The notes: generated from the sequence alone by a model not told the origin. Positions 8,274 through 18,274 are shown, numbered from the stretch's first letter. The stretch is DNA of 64,000 nt from Chromatiaceae bacterium (GCA_025458165.1 JALOTB010000024.1:811-64810); one strand, 5' to 3'. Translations and numbers: made by a program.

Positions 8274-9164
8274 ATGACCGAGCCGACGCGTGCCAAGCTG
8301 TTTCCGGTCGAGGGACCGGCCGATCGGGGCGACCCGGCAAACGCGATCGACGTGCAGTTCAACCCGATGACACTGAAGGTGGCCTTGTCCAATTCGCTGA
8401 AGGCGAGTGAGGGCTCGGAGAACGGCAGTGCCGCGCAATTCGTCGACAAGAGCACCTCCACGCTGACCGTCGAGCTCCTGTTCGACACCAGCATCGAGGA
8501 CAGCGACGTGCGCCTGAAGACCAAGGCGATCGCCGAGGCCTTCATGAAGCCGGTCGAGTCCGGCGACCAGCAATTGGCCCCCAAGCGCTGCCTGTTCCAA
8601 TGGGGCGCCTTCGAGTTTGTCGGCATGATGGCGAGCTACGACGAGACGCTGGACTTCTTCTCGCCTGAGGGCACGCCGCTGCGCGCCACGCTCGCGATCA
8701 AGCTCAACGAGGACCGCTACCAATTCCGCCAATCGGCGGCCCGCAAATCCGCCCGCGAGACACCGACCTTCGGCGGGGCCGCGGCCGACAGCGCACCGGC
8801 GGCGAACAAAGGCGCCGGTCGGGACGAGCGGGCCTGGCGCGACACGGCCTTGTACAACGGCCAGGAGAGCCCGCGCCAGTCGGCGCCCGGCGGCCTCGCG
8901 GTTCCCGGCCTGACCGCGACCGCCGCGGTGGGCATGCAGGCCGAGGTCGGCCTAGGCGTCGGCGGTGGACCCACGGCGGCACCCAAGCCCGACATCGCCG
9001 CGCCGGGCTTCAGCTACGGGGCCTCGGCAACGCTTGGCACCATGATCCCTGGCGCCTTCTCTCCGGGGGCCGTGTCAAGCATCGGGCCGCCGCCGGCGGG
9101 GACCGGCTCGCCGGTCGCCGGCGGGGCCGGCGCCCGCGCCCGCACCAGCGTGGGGTTCGACTGA
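8274..9164 (+). CDS. CIS tube-initiator-like protein (Afp7-like N-terminal domain) with a Gly/Ala/Pro-rich tail
   Basis: The N-terminal ~150 aa (IDVQFNPMTLKV ... LTVELLFDT ... CLFQWGAFEFVGMMASYDETLDFFSPEGTPLRATLAIKL) resembles the tube-fold domain of eCIS/T6SS-like initiator proteins. No LysM motif was recognised in the C-terminal half. Confidence 0.6.
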   Translation: MTEPTRAKLFPVEGPADRGDPANAIDVQFNPMTLKVALSNSLKASEGSENGSAAQFVDKSTSTLTVELLFDTSIEDSDVRLKTKAIAEAFMKPVESGDQQLAPKRCLFQWGAFEFVGMMASYDETLDFFSPEGTPLRATLAIKLNEDRYQFRQSAARKSARETPTFGGAAADSAPAANKGAGRDERAWRDTALYNGQESPRQSAPGGLAVPGLTATAAVGMQAEVGLGVGGGPTAAPKPDIAAPGFSYGASATLGTMIPGAFSPGAVSSIGPPPAGTGSPVAGGAGARARTSVGFD

Positions 9165-9355
9165 TGCCGCTCCTGATCGACGAGCTCGAGCTGACCCTCG
9201 TCGACGAGGCGGCGGACGCGCCGGGCGGCGCGGGCGACGGCACCGCGCGCACGGCCCCCGGCGCGACCCTGACCCCGCTCGAAGGGGATGAGGTCGCGCT
9301 CGCCGCGATCCTCGACCTCATCCGTGAGCGCCGCGCGCGGCTGCGGGTGGACTAA
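9164..9355 (+). CDS. small hypothetical protein (Afp6-position ORF)
   Basis: 63-aa ORF with an ATGA start/stop overlap with the upstream gene. Its position is equivalent to the small ORFs found in Afp/PVC loci. Confidence 0.4.
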   Translation: MPLLIDELELTLVDEAADAPGGAGDGTARTAPGATLTPLEGDEVALAAILDLIRERRARLRVD

Positions 9356-9359
9356 GCCG

Positions 9360-10403
9360 ATGGACGCCGCCTATGTCAGCGCCCGGCCACGGATTGCGAT
9401 CGACGGCGAGACCCGCGCCGACCTCGGCTCGGCGCTGCGGGCGCTGACCGTGAACCGGCCGCTCAACGGCATGGCCCACGCCGAGCTACACCTGGTGTTC
9501 TGGGGCGCGGCCGACGACGACCCGGGGCCGAGCTACCGGTTTCTCGACGTCGCACTCGGCACGCGGCTGACAGTCGCGTTCGGCCAGGACGCGCCGGTCG
9601 AGGTCTTCAGTGGCGAGATCACCGCCCTCGAGGAGCGCTACGGCGGCGGCGCGCCCCGCCTGGTGCTGCTCGCGCAGGATCGCCTGCACCGGCTGGCCCG
9701 CCAGCGGCGCAGCCGCAGCTTCGAGGACCAGAGCCTCGACGCGGTCATCGCGGCGATCGCGAGCGATGGCGGGCTCGCGGCCGATGCCAACGTCTCGACG
9801 GTCAGCGCGACCTGGCACCAGTTGAACGAGAGTGATCTCGGGTTTCTGTTGCGGCTGCTCGCGCCCTTCGGCGCTGCGCTGCGCCTGGATGGGGAGACCC
9901 TGCGCGCGCGCCCCGAGGCGCCCGATCCGGCACCGATCGAGCTCGACACCAACGACAACGCGCTCGACGTGCGCCTGATCGCCGACCTGGCCCAGCAGCC
10001 CGGCGAGGTGCGTGTCCGCGGCTTCGACCCGGCGACCGATGAGGAGCTGGACGCCAGCGCCGGCACGCCGACCAGCCCCGGCGACGGCCAGAGCGCCGGC
10101 GACCTGCTCGCTGGGCTCGGCTGGCCGGCCGTCGAGCCGCTGCCGCGCCCTTTCCCTTGGCGGCAGGGGCTCGCCGATGGCTTCGCGCAGGGTGCGCTGG
10201 ACCGGCGCGCGCACGGCTTCGTGGCGGGGGAGATCCGCTGCGTCGGCGATCCGTCGCTCGCCCCCGGCCGCGAGGTGGACCTGTCGGGGACGACGGCGCG
10301 ACTCGCGGGGCGTTACCGGGTGGTCCATTGCGTGCATCGCTTCGATGCCGCCGACGGCTACCGCAGCCATCTGCGCGTCGCCCGCGCGGGCCTCGGGGTC
10401 TGA
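9360..10403 (+). CDS. phage late control gene D (gpD)-like baseplate hub protein (Afp8/VgrG N-terminal equivalent)
   Basis: WHQLNESDLGFLLRLLAPFGAALRLDGETL is the gpD/VgrG hallmark. The start is the ATG at 9360, 5 nt after the upstream stop. Confidence 0.8.
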   Translation: MDAAYVSARPRIAIDGETRADLGSALRALTVNRPLNGMAHAELHLVFWGAADDDPGPSYRFLDVALGTRLTVAFGQDAPVEVFSGEITALEERYGGGAPRLVLLAQDRLHRLARQRRSRSFEDQSLDAVIAAIASDGGLAADANVSTVSATWHQLNESDLGFLLRLLAPFGAALRLDGETLRARPEAPDPAPIELDTNDNALDVRLIADLAQQPGEVRVRGFDPATDEELDASAGTPTSPGDGQSAGDLLAGLGWPAVEPLPRPFPWRQGLADGFAQGALDRRAHGFVAGEIRCVGDPSLAPGREVDLSGTTARLAGRYRVVHCVHRFDAADGYRSHLRVARAGLGV

Positions 10404-10407
10404 GGCC

Positions 10408-11082
10408 ATGTCCGCGACCGGCCAGCACGCCCCCGGAGAGCTCCATGCCCTGCACCTCGGGCGCGTCGTCGAGAACCGCGATCCGGACGGGCGCGGGCGC
10501 GTGCAGGTGCTGCTGGTCTCGCTCGGCGTCGAGGTCTGGGCCAGTGTCGCAACCCCCTCCGCCGGCAGCGGGTACGGTGTCAGTTGCCTGCCGCGGCGCG
10601 AGGAGATCGTCGTCGTCGCCTTCATCGCGCCCGAGCTGCCGCTGGTGCTCGGCAGCCTGTGGAGCGGCGCGGGCTCGGCCCCCACCGAGGCCGACCCGGT
10701 CGATGACGTGTATCTGCTGCGCACGCCCGCCGGGCTGGTCGTCGAGCTCGACGACGGCGACGGCCCGAGCCTGACGCTGAGGACACCGGCCGGCTACAGC
10801 ATCGCCATCACCGACGGCGACGGTGGCGAGATCGCGATCACCCGCGGCGGCCAGACCGTCACCCTGACCCCAGCCGAGATCCGCATCGAGTCCAGTGGCC
10901 CGGTCAGTATCCAGGCCGGCGGCAGCGTGGATGTCCAAGCAAGTGCGGTGAACGTCAGCGCCGGCATGGTCAAAGTCGACGCCGGCATGTCGAAGTTCAG
11001 CGGCGTAGTCCAGGCCGACACGGTTATTGCCAACGCCGTGGTCGGGACTTCCTACACCCCGGGCGCCGGGAACATCTGGTAA
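10408..11082 (+). CDS. gpV/gp5-type central spike protein
   Basis: GRVVENRDPDGRGRVQVLL ... WASVATPSAGSGYGVSCLPRREEIVVVAFIAPELPLVLGSLWSG is an OB-fold spike domain. Beta-helix-like repeats follow (LTLRTPAGYSIAITDGDGGEIAITRGGQTVTLTPAEIRIESSG). Confidence 0.8.
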   Translation: MSATGQHAPGELHALHLGRVVENRDPDGRGRVQVLLVSLGVEVWASVATPSAGSGYGVSCLPRREEIVVVAFIAPELPLVLGSLWSGAGSAPTEADPVDDVYLLRTPAGLVVELDDGDGPSLTLRTPAGYSIAITDGDGGEIAITRGGQTVTLTPAEIRIESSGPVSIQAGGSVDVQASAVNVSAGMVKVDAGMSKFSGVVQADTVIANAVVGTSYTPGAGNIW

Positions 11083-11088
11083 CCGCCG

Positions 11089-13005
11089 ATGCCCTCGCTC
11101 CCGGTCCCGCGTCCCAATCCTGCCCGTGCCAGGCCGGAAGTGACCTTCACTACGCCGTTCTACGCGGGCGCGGGCGCCGCGGGCGTGCGACTGCACCGGT
11201 ACCTGGACAGCGAGTTCATCCCGCGTTTTTTGAGCGACCTCAGCGCCGGACGCCTCGCGGACCCGACCACCGAGGACTGGTGGCGGACCGACCGATTCAG
11301 CCCGCACGGCGACGACCTGGTACTGCGGCTGCCGATCCATCGGGCCTTCTATCTCATTGCCTGCGAGCTGGTCTGCGACCGCCCGCCACGGCCGGCGCTC
11401 GACCCGGCTCGCATCCGCTCGGCCGGCTTCGTGATCCGCCGCCGCGCCGGCACCGCGCCGGCACCCACCCCGGGCGGGCGCCGCGCCGGCGACGTGCTCG
11501 CGAACTGGCGGGCGCGCCTCGGCCCGACCCCGTCGACCTGCCCTGGTGCGCCAACCGAGCCTGCCCGGACCGCAACCCCGGCGCTGACGCCGGTCGACAC
11601 CGGGCTGGCCGCGAGCGCGCCGGGCGCCCTGCCCATCGCGGTCGCCGGCGCCGCCGACGCGCGCTGGATGATCGAGGACGGTGAGCCGCTCGGCTGGCAG
11701 CGAGCGGCGCTGAGCGACCTGGGCGCACCCGAGCCCGACCCGGACCCGAGCCGGCGGGTCGCGGCGCGCCGCGGCGCCGGCGGCCGGCCCCCGGCGCGGC
11801 CCGCGCTGGCCTACACCGGTGAAGAGACCCACCCGCTGCATCCGGTGCTGGTCCGCGATGCCAGCGGCCGGCCGCACACCATCCTCTACGGTTTCCTGCC
11901 CCTCGGTGGTCAGGCGCTCGCCATCGGCAGCCCGTTTGACGCCGCCGACGAGGAGGCCGCCCTCGCGGCCGACCGGGCGCTCCTGAGCTGGCCGTTCGGG
12001 CACCGCGGCCGCGCCGAGCTGACCTGGCAGGCCGCCGATGGCGCTCTGGTACAGGACGGGCGACCGAGCCGGGCCTGCTTCGAGCTGCTGGAGCTCCTGG
12101 TCAACCGTTATCACCTCGGTGAGGCGGGCGCGGCGGGCGCGGAACCGCTCAATGACGACCTCGGCAAGAGCGCGGCGCAGTTGCGCTTCGTCCAGGCGCC
12201 CCCCTTGCCGCCGCTGCCCTCCGGCACCCCGTCCCCGCCACCGCCCGAGGTATCCCGCTTCTCGCTGCTGGACTACCTGACCGACTGCTTCGCGGCCGGC
12301 ATCGACAACCCGCTCGCGGCATGGCTCGCCGCGCGCCGCCAAGCGATCGACGCGTCCGGCGGCACGCCGCCCGCGGTGCTCGCCGAGCGTCTCCCGCGAC
12401 GGCCGGCCGACGGCACGGGAGAGCTGGCCGGCTTCGCGCTCCGTATCGCCTGCGCCGATGCCGAGGAATGGCGACTACTCCTCGGCCAGCGGCTACTCGA
12501 TCAGGCGCGGCGCACCGGCTCCGAGCTGTCGCTGCCGAAGTTCCGCCAGGCGCCGGACGACCTCTACCAGGTGATCCCCTTCGTACGCAGCGTCGATGAC
12601 GCCGGCTGCGAGCGCCTGACCTGGGCCCCTGCGGCCATGCGCAGCGCGCCGTTTCGCGTCGCCGCACCGTTCGATCCCGACGCCAGCCGCCCGACGCTGA
12701 TCCAGATGCCCGGCCTCGGCGACCTCAAACGCGGGCTCGCGAAGGGCGCGGCGATGCTGGTGCCGCCCGATACCGCTCGGCTGCTCGGTGCCCTGAATCT
12801 CGACAAGGGGGCCGCCCCGGGCGTCGCGCCCGAGTCAGCGCCGCCAGGGGGCGGCCTCGGGGTCCAGATGATCTGCTCGTTCAGCCTCCCGATCATCACG
12901 CTGGTCGCGATGATCCTGCTGATGATCATGGTGATGCTTCTAAACATCGTCTTCTTCTGGCTGCCGTGGGTGAAGATCTGTCTCCCCTTTCCGAAGCTGA
13001 GGTAG
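11089..13005 (+). CDS. hypothetical 638-aa protein with a C-terminal hydrophobic membrane-anchor-like tail
   Basis: Long ORF in the operon between spike and gp25. The last ~45 aa are MICSFSLPIITLVAMILLMIMVMLLNIVFFWLPWVKICLPFPKLR (nt 12868-13002). No family was recognised. Confidence 0.6.
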   Translation: MPSLPVPRPNPARARPEVTFTTPFYAGAGAAGVRLHRYLDSEFIPRFLSDLSAGRLADPTTEDWWRTDRFSPHGDDLVLRLPIHRAFYLIACELVCDRPPRPALDPARIRSAGFVIRRRAGTAPAPTPGGRRAGDVLANWRARLGPTPSTCPGAPTEPARTATPALTPVDTGLAASAPGALPIAVAGAADARWMIEDGEPLGWQRAALSDLGAPEPDPDPSRRVAARRGAGGRPPARPALAYTGEETHPLHPVLVRDASGRPHTILYGFLPLGGQALAIGSPFDAADEEAALAADRALLSWPFGHRGRAELTWQAADGALVQDGRPSRACFELLELLVNRYHLGEAGAAGAEPLNDDLGKSAAQLRFVQAPPLPPLPSGTPSPPPPEVSRFSLLDYLTDCFAAGIDNPLAAWLAARRQAIDASGGTPPAVLAERLPRRPADGTGELAGFALRIACADAEEWRLLLGQRLLDQARRTGSELSLPKFRQAPDDLYQVIPFVRSVDDAGCERLTWAPAAMRSAPFRVAAPFDPDASRPTLIQMPGLGDLKRGLAKGAAMLVPPDTARLLGALNLDKGAAPGVAPESAPPGGGLGVQMICSFSLPIITLVAMILLMIMVMLLNIVFFWLPWVKICLPFPKLR

Positions 13006-13102
13006 CCGTGATGCCCCTAACCGTGTCATTCAACCCTTGTCCGCGACCATGGATCGCGCCGCACGCGCGCCCTGCCGCGGGATACCGTTCAGAGGTGATG
13101 CG

Positions 13103-13501
13103 ATGACCAGCGTCGTGCCGTTGATCCAGAGCTGGCCGCTCGATGGGATCGATGCCAACGGCCGGCTGGCGGCCGCGCGCGACGACGAGAGCGTGCGCGA
13201 GGTGATGCTGAGCATCCTGCTGACACGCCCCGGCGAGCGGCTGATGCGCCCGCAGTTCGGCGCCGGCCTGCTGGATTTCGTCCACCAACCGAACAATCAG
13301 ACCACGCGCGCACTGATCGCCAATCTGGTCAAGAAGGCGATCGGGGAATGGGAGACCCGCGTCGTCGTGCTCGGCGTCGAGGTCTCGCCCGACCCGGATG
13401 ACCCGGCCGAGGTGCATATCGAGGTGCAGTATCGGCTGCGCCATGCAACGGTCCCGCAGGGCCTCGGCCTGAGCCTGAGGCTGGGTGCCGCCGGCCGCTG
13501 A
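13103..13501 (+). CDS. gp25/GPW-like baseplate wedge protein (Afp9-like)
   Basis: ESVREVMLSILLTRPGERLMRPQFGAGLLDFVHQPNN ... AIGEWETRV matches the GPW_gp25 family. The ATG at 13103 is preceded by agagg. Confidence 0.85.
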   Translation: MTSVVPLIQSWPLDGIDANGRLAAARDDESVREVMLSILLTRPGERLMRPQFGAGLLDFVHQPNNQTTRALIANLVKKAIGEWETRVVVLGVEVSPDPDDPAEVHIEVQYRLRHATVPQGLGLSLRLGAAGR

Positions 13502-13529
13502 ACGCCAACCCCCTCCCGGAGCGACCAAG

Positions 13530-15749
13530 ATGCCCCTACCGGTCCCGAGCCTGGATGACCGCCGCTTCGACGACTTGGTCGCCGAGGCCGAGGCGCGGCT
13601 CCGCGCACACCTGCCCGAGCTGACCCAGATCGCCCCGGGCGATCCGCTGCACGCGCTGGTCGATCTGCTCGCCTGGCTGACCGAGACCATCCTGTATCGC
13701 GCCAACCTGATCCCAGAGCGCCAGCGGCGGGTGCTGCTGAACCTGTTGCAGGTACCCTTGCGTGCGGCACGCCCGGCGCGCGGCCTGGTCTGTATCGATG
13801 CGAGCCCGCGCAGCGCGCGTCTGCCGGGGCTGCTGCCCGAGGGCAGTCAGCTCACCGGCGCCGGGCAGACCGTAACGACCATCGGCGAGGTCCGCCCGAC
13901 CCCGCTCGCGCTGGTCCCACTGATCAAGGAGGCAATCGACGCCGCGACGCTGGCGGCGATGGGGCTGACCCAGCAGGCGCTCAAGGACCAGCACGGCCTC
14001 GGCGCCGCGGACCAGGTGGCGGCCTTCGCGCCGCGTGCGTTCGCGTCCGAGCGTGAGCCGTTGAGCCTCGCGACCAGCCTCGACGGCTTCTACTACCTGG
14101 CCCTGCTCGCACCGCGTGAGCTGGCCGCCCGCATCGATGAGCTACGCGCCGCGCTGGCCGGGCAGACACTCAACCTCGCGCTGGCCCCGCTCGACGATCG
14201 CCCCGGCGAGCGCGCCGACAGCGAGGCGTTGCGCGACCGCCGGCTGGTATGGGAGTTGCTGACTGAAGACCTTGAAGGAGCCGGCGGCGACGCCGACGGG
14301 CTGTTGACGGTTCCCTTGGAGGTCCTTCACGACAGCTCCGGTGGCGCGCGGCGCCCGGGGGTGGCCCGCCTGCGGCTGCCACCGAGCGCACCACTGCTGC
14401 AGCCGCTCCTCGTCCCGGACCCCCTGTTCGCCGGCGTCGGCGAGCGCCCGCCCGAGCTGCCGGCCCCGCTGCCGCCCGAGCGCGTGGTCTGCTGGCTGCG
14501 GCTGCATTGCCCGGAAGAGCCCACCCTGCCGCTCGGCTACCTCGGCATCAACGGCGTCGAGGTGGTTGGGCAGGCGACGCGGCGGGACTTGATCATCGGC
14601 GTCGGCAGCGGCCGACCCGGGCAGGTCGTCGACTTGCCTGATCGCGACATCGACCCGGCCGAGATCGAGCTCGACGTCGAGCAGCCAGCCGGCTGGGAGC
14701 GCTGGCAGCGCGTCGAGGTGCTGACCGGGCGGGGCGCCGACGAGCCGATCTACCGGCTCGATGCCCAAGCCGGCCAGGTGACCTTCGGGGACGGCCAGCA
14801 CGGGCGCCGCCCACCGGAGCGCCGGCGCATCCGCATCGCCCGCTATCGGTTCGGCGGCGGTAGCGGGGGCAATCTGCCGCCCCAATCGCTGACCAGCGTG
14901 GTCGGCGCCAGCCGGCTCGGCGTCCGCCAGGAGCGTGCGCTTAGCGGCGGACGCGATGGCGAGTCCGTCGTCGACGCGGAGCGGCGCATCCCGGAGTTCC
15001 TGACCCACCGCAACCGCGCCGTCACGGCGGAGGACTTTCGCCTGCTCGCCACCGGCAACCCGCTGCGCCCGGTCGCGCGCGCCGAGGTGATCGCGGGGCT
15101 CTTGCCGGGCAGCAGTCTCGCGACCCTGCGCCGCGACATCCCCGGCGTGGTCAGCGTGTTCGTGATCCCCCCGGGGCAACCGGAGCTCGCGCGCACACCG
15201 CGCCCGACCCAGGGGCTGCTCAACGACCTGTTCACCTGGCTGGTGGATCGCGTGCTGATCGGCACCGAGCTGTTCGTGCTGAGCCCGCGGTACATCCCGC
15301 TCGCGGTCGGGGTGCGGGTGCGCGTGCGCGACCCGGCCACCGAGCAGGAGACGCTGGCGGCGGTGCGCCAGGCACTGGTCGACTACCTCTGGGTGCTCGC
15401 CCCCGGCGGCAGCCTCGGCGGCGGCTGGCCGTTCGGCGAGCCGGTGCGCGGGGCGGAGCTCGAGACCCAGGTCGGGCGGGTACCGGGCGTGCGCGAGGTC
15501 GGCCCGCTGGTGCTGTTCACGATGCGCGAGGGCGTGTGGCAGTCGCTCGGTGAGGGCGCCGTGCTCGACCTGGAGGACTTCGATGTACCAGACCTGCGCG
15601 GGGTCAGCGTGGTCACGAGCGGCCTGCCCGACCTGCCCGGCGGGCTGCAACCGGCCGCACCGGGGCTCGGTGGTAGCGGCGGGTCCGGCGGCGGCGCGGG
15701 GGCTGGCGGCCGCAGTGTACCGGCGCCGGTGATCCCCGAGCTCTGCTGA
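13530..15749 (+). CDS. Baseplate-J / gp6-like baseplate protein (Afp11-like)
   Basis: The N-terminus MPLPVPSLDDRRFDDLVAEAEARLRAHLPELTQIAPGDPLHALVDLLAWLTETILYRANLIPERQRR is typical of putative baseplate assembly proteins. The ATG at 13530 follows ggag. Confidence 0.85.
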   Translation: MPLPVPSLDDRRFDDLVAEAEARLRAHLPELTQIAPGDPLHALVDLLAWLTETILYRANLIPERQRRVLLNLLQVPLRAARPARGLVCIDASPRSARLPGLLPEGSQLTGAGQTVTTIGEVRPTPLALVPLIKEAIDAATLAAMGLTQQALKDQHGLGAADQVAAFAPRAFASEREPLSLATSLDGFYYLALLAPRELAARIDELRAALAGQTLNLALAPLDDRPGERADSEALRDRRLVWELLTEDLEGAGGDADGLLTVPLEVLHDSSGGARRPGVARLRLPPSAPLLQPLLVPDPLFAGVGERPPELPAPLPPERVVCWLRLHCPEEPTLPLGYLGINGVEVVGQATRRDLIIGVGSGRPGQVVDLPDRDIDPAEIELDVEQPAGWERWQRVEVLTGRGADEPIYRLDAQAGQVTFGDGQHGRRPPERRRIRIARYRFGGGSGGNLPPQSLTSVVGASRLGVRQERALSGGRDGESVVDAERRIPEFLTHRNRAVTAEDFRLLATGNPLRPVARAEVIAGLLPGSSLATLRRDIPGVVSVFVIPPGQPELARTPRPTQGLLNDLFTWLVDRVLIGTELFVLSPRYIPLAVGVRVRVRDPATEQETLAAVRQALVDYLWVLAPGGSLGGGWPFGEPVRGAELETQVGRVPGVREVGPLVLFTMREGVWQSLGEGAVLDLEDFDVPDLRGVSVVTSGLPDLPGGLQPAAPGLGGSGGSGGGAGAGGRSVPAPVIPELC

Positions 15750-18256
15750 TGGACGTCAACGGCACGCCGTACATCCTGTTGCGCGGACCCGCGGAGCTCG
15801 CGCACGGCTCGTCGGCGTTTACCTGGGACCCCCGCCGCGGGGCCTTCACCCTGCGCCAGGCGCAGCAGCTGCGGCTGCCGCGGGTCCCGGTCGCGGACGC
15901 ACGCTCGGCCTGGGCCGCGGCCAGCGCGATGGTACGCGACCCCTTCGGCCAGGTCGCGACGATCGAACGGGTCGAGCCGGGCACCGGAGGGGCGGCCGGT
16001 CCGGACCGCGATCACGTCGTCGTCGATGCCGCCCGCGGCGTCGCGCCGCTGCGCGACGAGGAGCTTCGCCTGGTCGCCGCACCGGAGCCGGCGATGCGGC
16101 TCATCGACCTCGCCCTCGGCGGCGCCCCGGACGACGCCCGCCTGGTGCTCGGGTACAGCGACGGCGCCGGGCACCACGGCCTGATCCAGTTCCACCTCGG
16201 GCGCCGCTGGCAGCAGGTGCTGCACCCCGAGCTGCCGGCCGCTCCGGTGCGCGCGATCGTCGCCCCCGAGGGCGCGGTCTGGTGCGTCACCACCACCGCC
16301 CTCTGCTACGGCACCGGCGGGCCGCTGCCGTTGCCCTATCGGCCCCAGCCGTTGCGCTTCGAGCCCGAGACCATCAACCCGCATCCATTCGCGCTGCGGT
16401 GGTCGCGTCCACTGCCGGCGGATCTGCGCCCGCTCGCGCTCTGCGCCGATGCCACGCGCCTCTACCTGCTCGCCGAGGACTGGCCGGGCTGGGAGGGCGA
16501 CCCGGACGCCGGCGCGGGGCTCGGCACCCAGCGGGTGCTGACCCGCCCGCGCGATCCCGACGCGGCGGCACCCTGGACCGACTGGCCGTTGGCGCCGGAG
16601 GTCCCCTACGTGATCGACCTCGGCGTGCTCGCCGAGGGTCGCCTCGCCGCGCCGGCCCCGCGCGAGGCCGGCGATGCGCGTTTCGAGCGGCGCGACTGCC
16701 CGGTCATCGAGCTCCACCAGCACCCCGACAGCGGCGTGCGCAGCGCCCGGCTCGTGCTGGAGCGCTATCCGCGCCAGGAGATCGGTTCGCCGCGGCTGGT
16801 CACCAACGTCGAGGACCGGCTCTACTACCAGGCCTCGGCCCGCGCCGGTAGCGCGCCGCGCCCGCGGCTGCTCACGGCCCTCCCCCGCCCGGAGTTCCCA
16901 ACCGCGGCACAGGTCACCTTGAGGCTCGGTGCGCGCGGCGAGGGACTCGACGGCGGGCGCCCGGACACCCCCTGGCACCGCATCTACATCGACGGCTGCA
17001 TACCACCCGGCTGTCGGCTCAGGCTTTTCGCCAAGGCCTACAATGACCCGAGCCCGGCCGCCCGTGCCGCGTTGCCCTACGAGGAGCAGCCCGCGCCCTT
17101 GTGGAGCCCGATCGGCTCGGAGCTGCCTTTCCACGCCCCGATCGCGCCGAGTAAGCCGGGGGAGAGCGGCCTGTTCGAGGTGCTCTTGCAGCATCGCAGT
17201 GGGGCCGTGCGCACGCTGACGGGTCGCTACCTGCAACTGCGCATCCGCATGGAGGGCGACGGGCATCACACCCCGGCGATCCACGCGCTGCGTGTCTACG
17301 CCCCGCGCTTCTCCTGGCAGGAGGCCTGGCTGCCGACCCTGTTCCGGCAGCAGGCCGAGCGCGACGCCGATCCGGCGCTGAATCAGGGCCCAGCCAACGG
17401 CGCCGACGTGCGTGAGCGGCTGCTCGCGGCCTGCGAGGGGCTGTTGACGCCGATCGAGGCCCGCATCGCGGCCTCCGAGGCACTGCTCGACCCGGCTACG
17501 GCCCCGACCGCGCTGCTGCCGGTGCTCGCCACGACGCTCGGCATCCGGCTGCCCGCGGACTGGCCGGACGAGCGCCGCCGGCGGTTACTGGCAAGCGGCT
17601 GTCTGCTGCAGCAGTGGCGCGGCACCTGGCCGGGCCTGCGGCTCGCGCTCGACATCGCGACCGACGGCGGGGTCGCCCGCGGCGAGGTGGTCCTGGTCGA
17701 GCATTTCCGCCTGCGGCGCACCTTCGCGACCATTCTCGTCCTTGACTTGGAGGACCGCGATCACCCGCTGACGCTCGGCACCGGCGAGAGCGGCAACAGC
17801 ATCGTCGGCGACAGCCTGATCCTCGCCGATGGGGCAAGCCGCGAGCTCTTGGCCCTGCTGGCCCCGGAGCTGGCCCCCGAGCTGGTCGCCGCCGGGCCGG
17901 CCGATACCCCGCTCGGCGCCGGCAGCCGCGATGCGCGGATCATCGCCGCCTTCTTCGACCGCTATAGCCACCGCGTCAGCGTGCTGCTGCACGGCCCCGG
18001 GCGCGCCCGCCGCGCGGCGGTCGAGGCGGTGCTCGCGACCGACCTGCCGGCGCACCTGCACGCGCGGATCATCGAGACGGACCGGCCGTTTGTGCTCGGA
18101 CTTGCGCCGCTGCTCGAGATCGACACCTTCTTGACCACCACCCCCCCGCCGCGCCGCGCGACGCTCGACGACACCTGGCTCGGCCACGAGGGCGTGCTGA
18201 CCAACCCGGTCGCGCTGTCGCCGCGCGACCTGAACGCGCGCGGCCCGGCCGCCTGA
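15749..18256 (+). CDS. gp7 / P2 gpI-like baseplate (phage tail) protein (Afp12-like)
   Basis: 835 aa with an ATGA overlap with gp6. The C-terminal third (WLPTLFRQQAERD ... LLPVLATTLGIRLPADWPDERRRRLL ... LLQQWRGTWPGLRLAL) resembles the conserved phage tail protein domain. Confidence 0.7.
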   Translation: MDVNGTPYILLRGPAELAHGSSAFTWDPRRGAFTLRQAQQLRLPRVPVADARSAWAAASAMVRDPFGQVATIERVEPGTGGAAGPDRDHVVVDAARGVAPLRDEELRLVAAPEPAMRLIDLALGGAPDDARLVLGYSDGAGHHGLIQFHLGRRWQQVLHPELPAAPVRAIVAPEGAVWCVTTTALCYGTGGPLPLPYRPQPLRFEPETINPHPFALRWSRPLPADLRPLALCADATRLYLLAEDWPGWEGDPDAGAGLGTQRVLTRPRDPDAAAPWTDWPLAPEVPYVIDLGVLAEGRLAAPAPREAGDARFERRDCPVIELHQHPDSGVRSARLVLERYPRQEIGSPRLVTNVEDRLYYQASARAGSAPRPRLLTALPRPEFPTAAQVTLRLGARGEGLDGGRPDTPWHRIYIDGCIPPGCRLRLFAKAYNDPSPAARAALPYEEQPAPLWSPIGSELPFHAPIAPSKPGESGLFEVLLQHRSGAVRTLTGRYLQLRIRMEGDGHHTPAIHALRVYAPRFSWQEAWLPTLFRQQAERDADPALNQGPANGADVRERLLAACEGLLTPIEARIAASEALLDPATAPTALLPVLATTLGIRLPADWPDERRRRLLASGCLLQQWRGTWPGLRLALDIATDGGVARGEVVLVEHFRLRRTFATILVLDLEDRDHPLTLGTGESGNSIVGDSLILADGASRELLALLAPELAPELVAAGPADTPLGAGSRDARIIAAFFDRYSHRVSVLLHGPGRARRAAVEAVLATDLPAHLHARIIETDRPFVLGLAPLLEIDTFLTTTPPPRRATLDDTWLGHEGVLTNPVALSPRDLNARGPAA

Positions 18257-18274
18257 CGCCGAGGGAGACCACCC

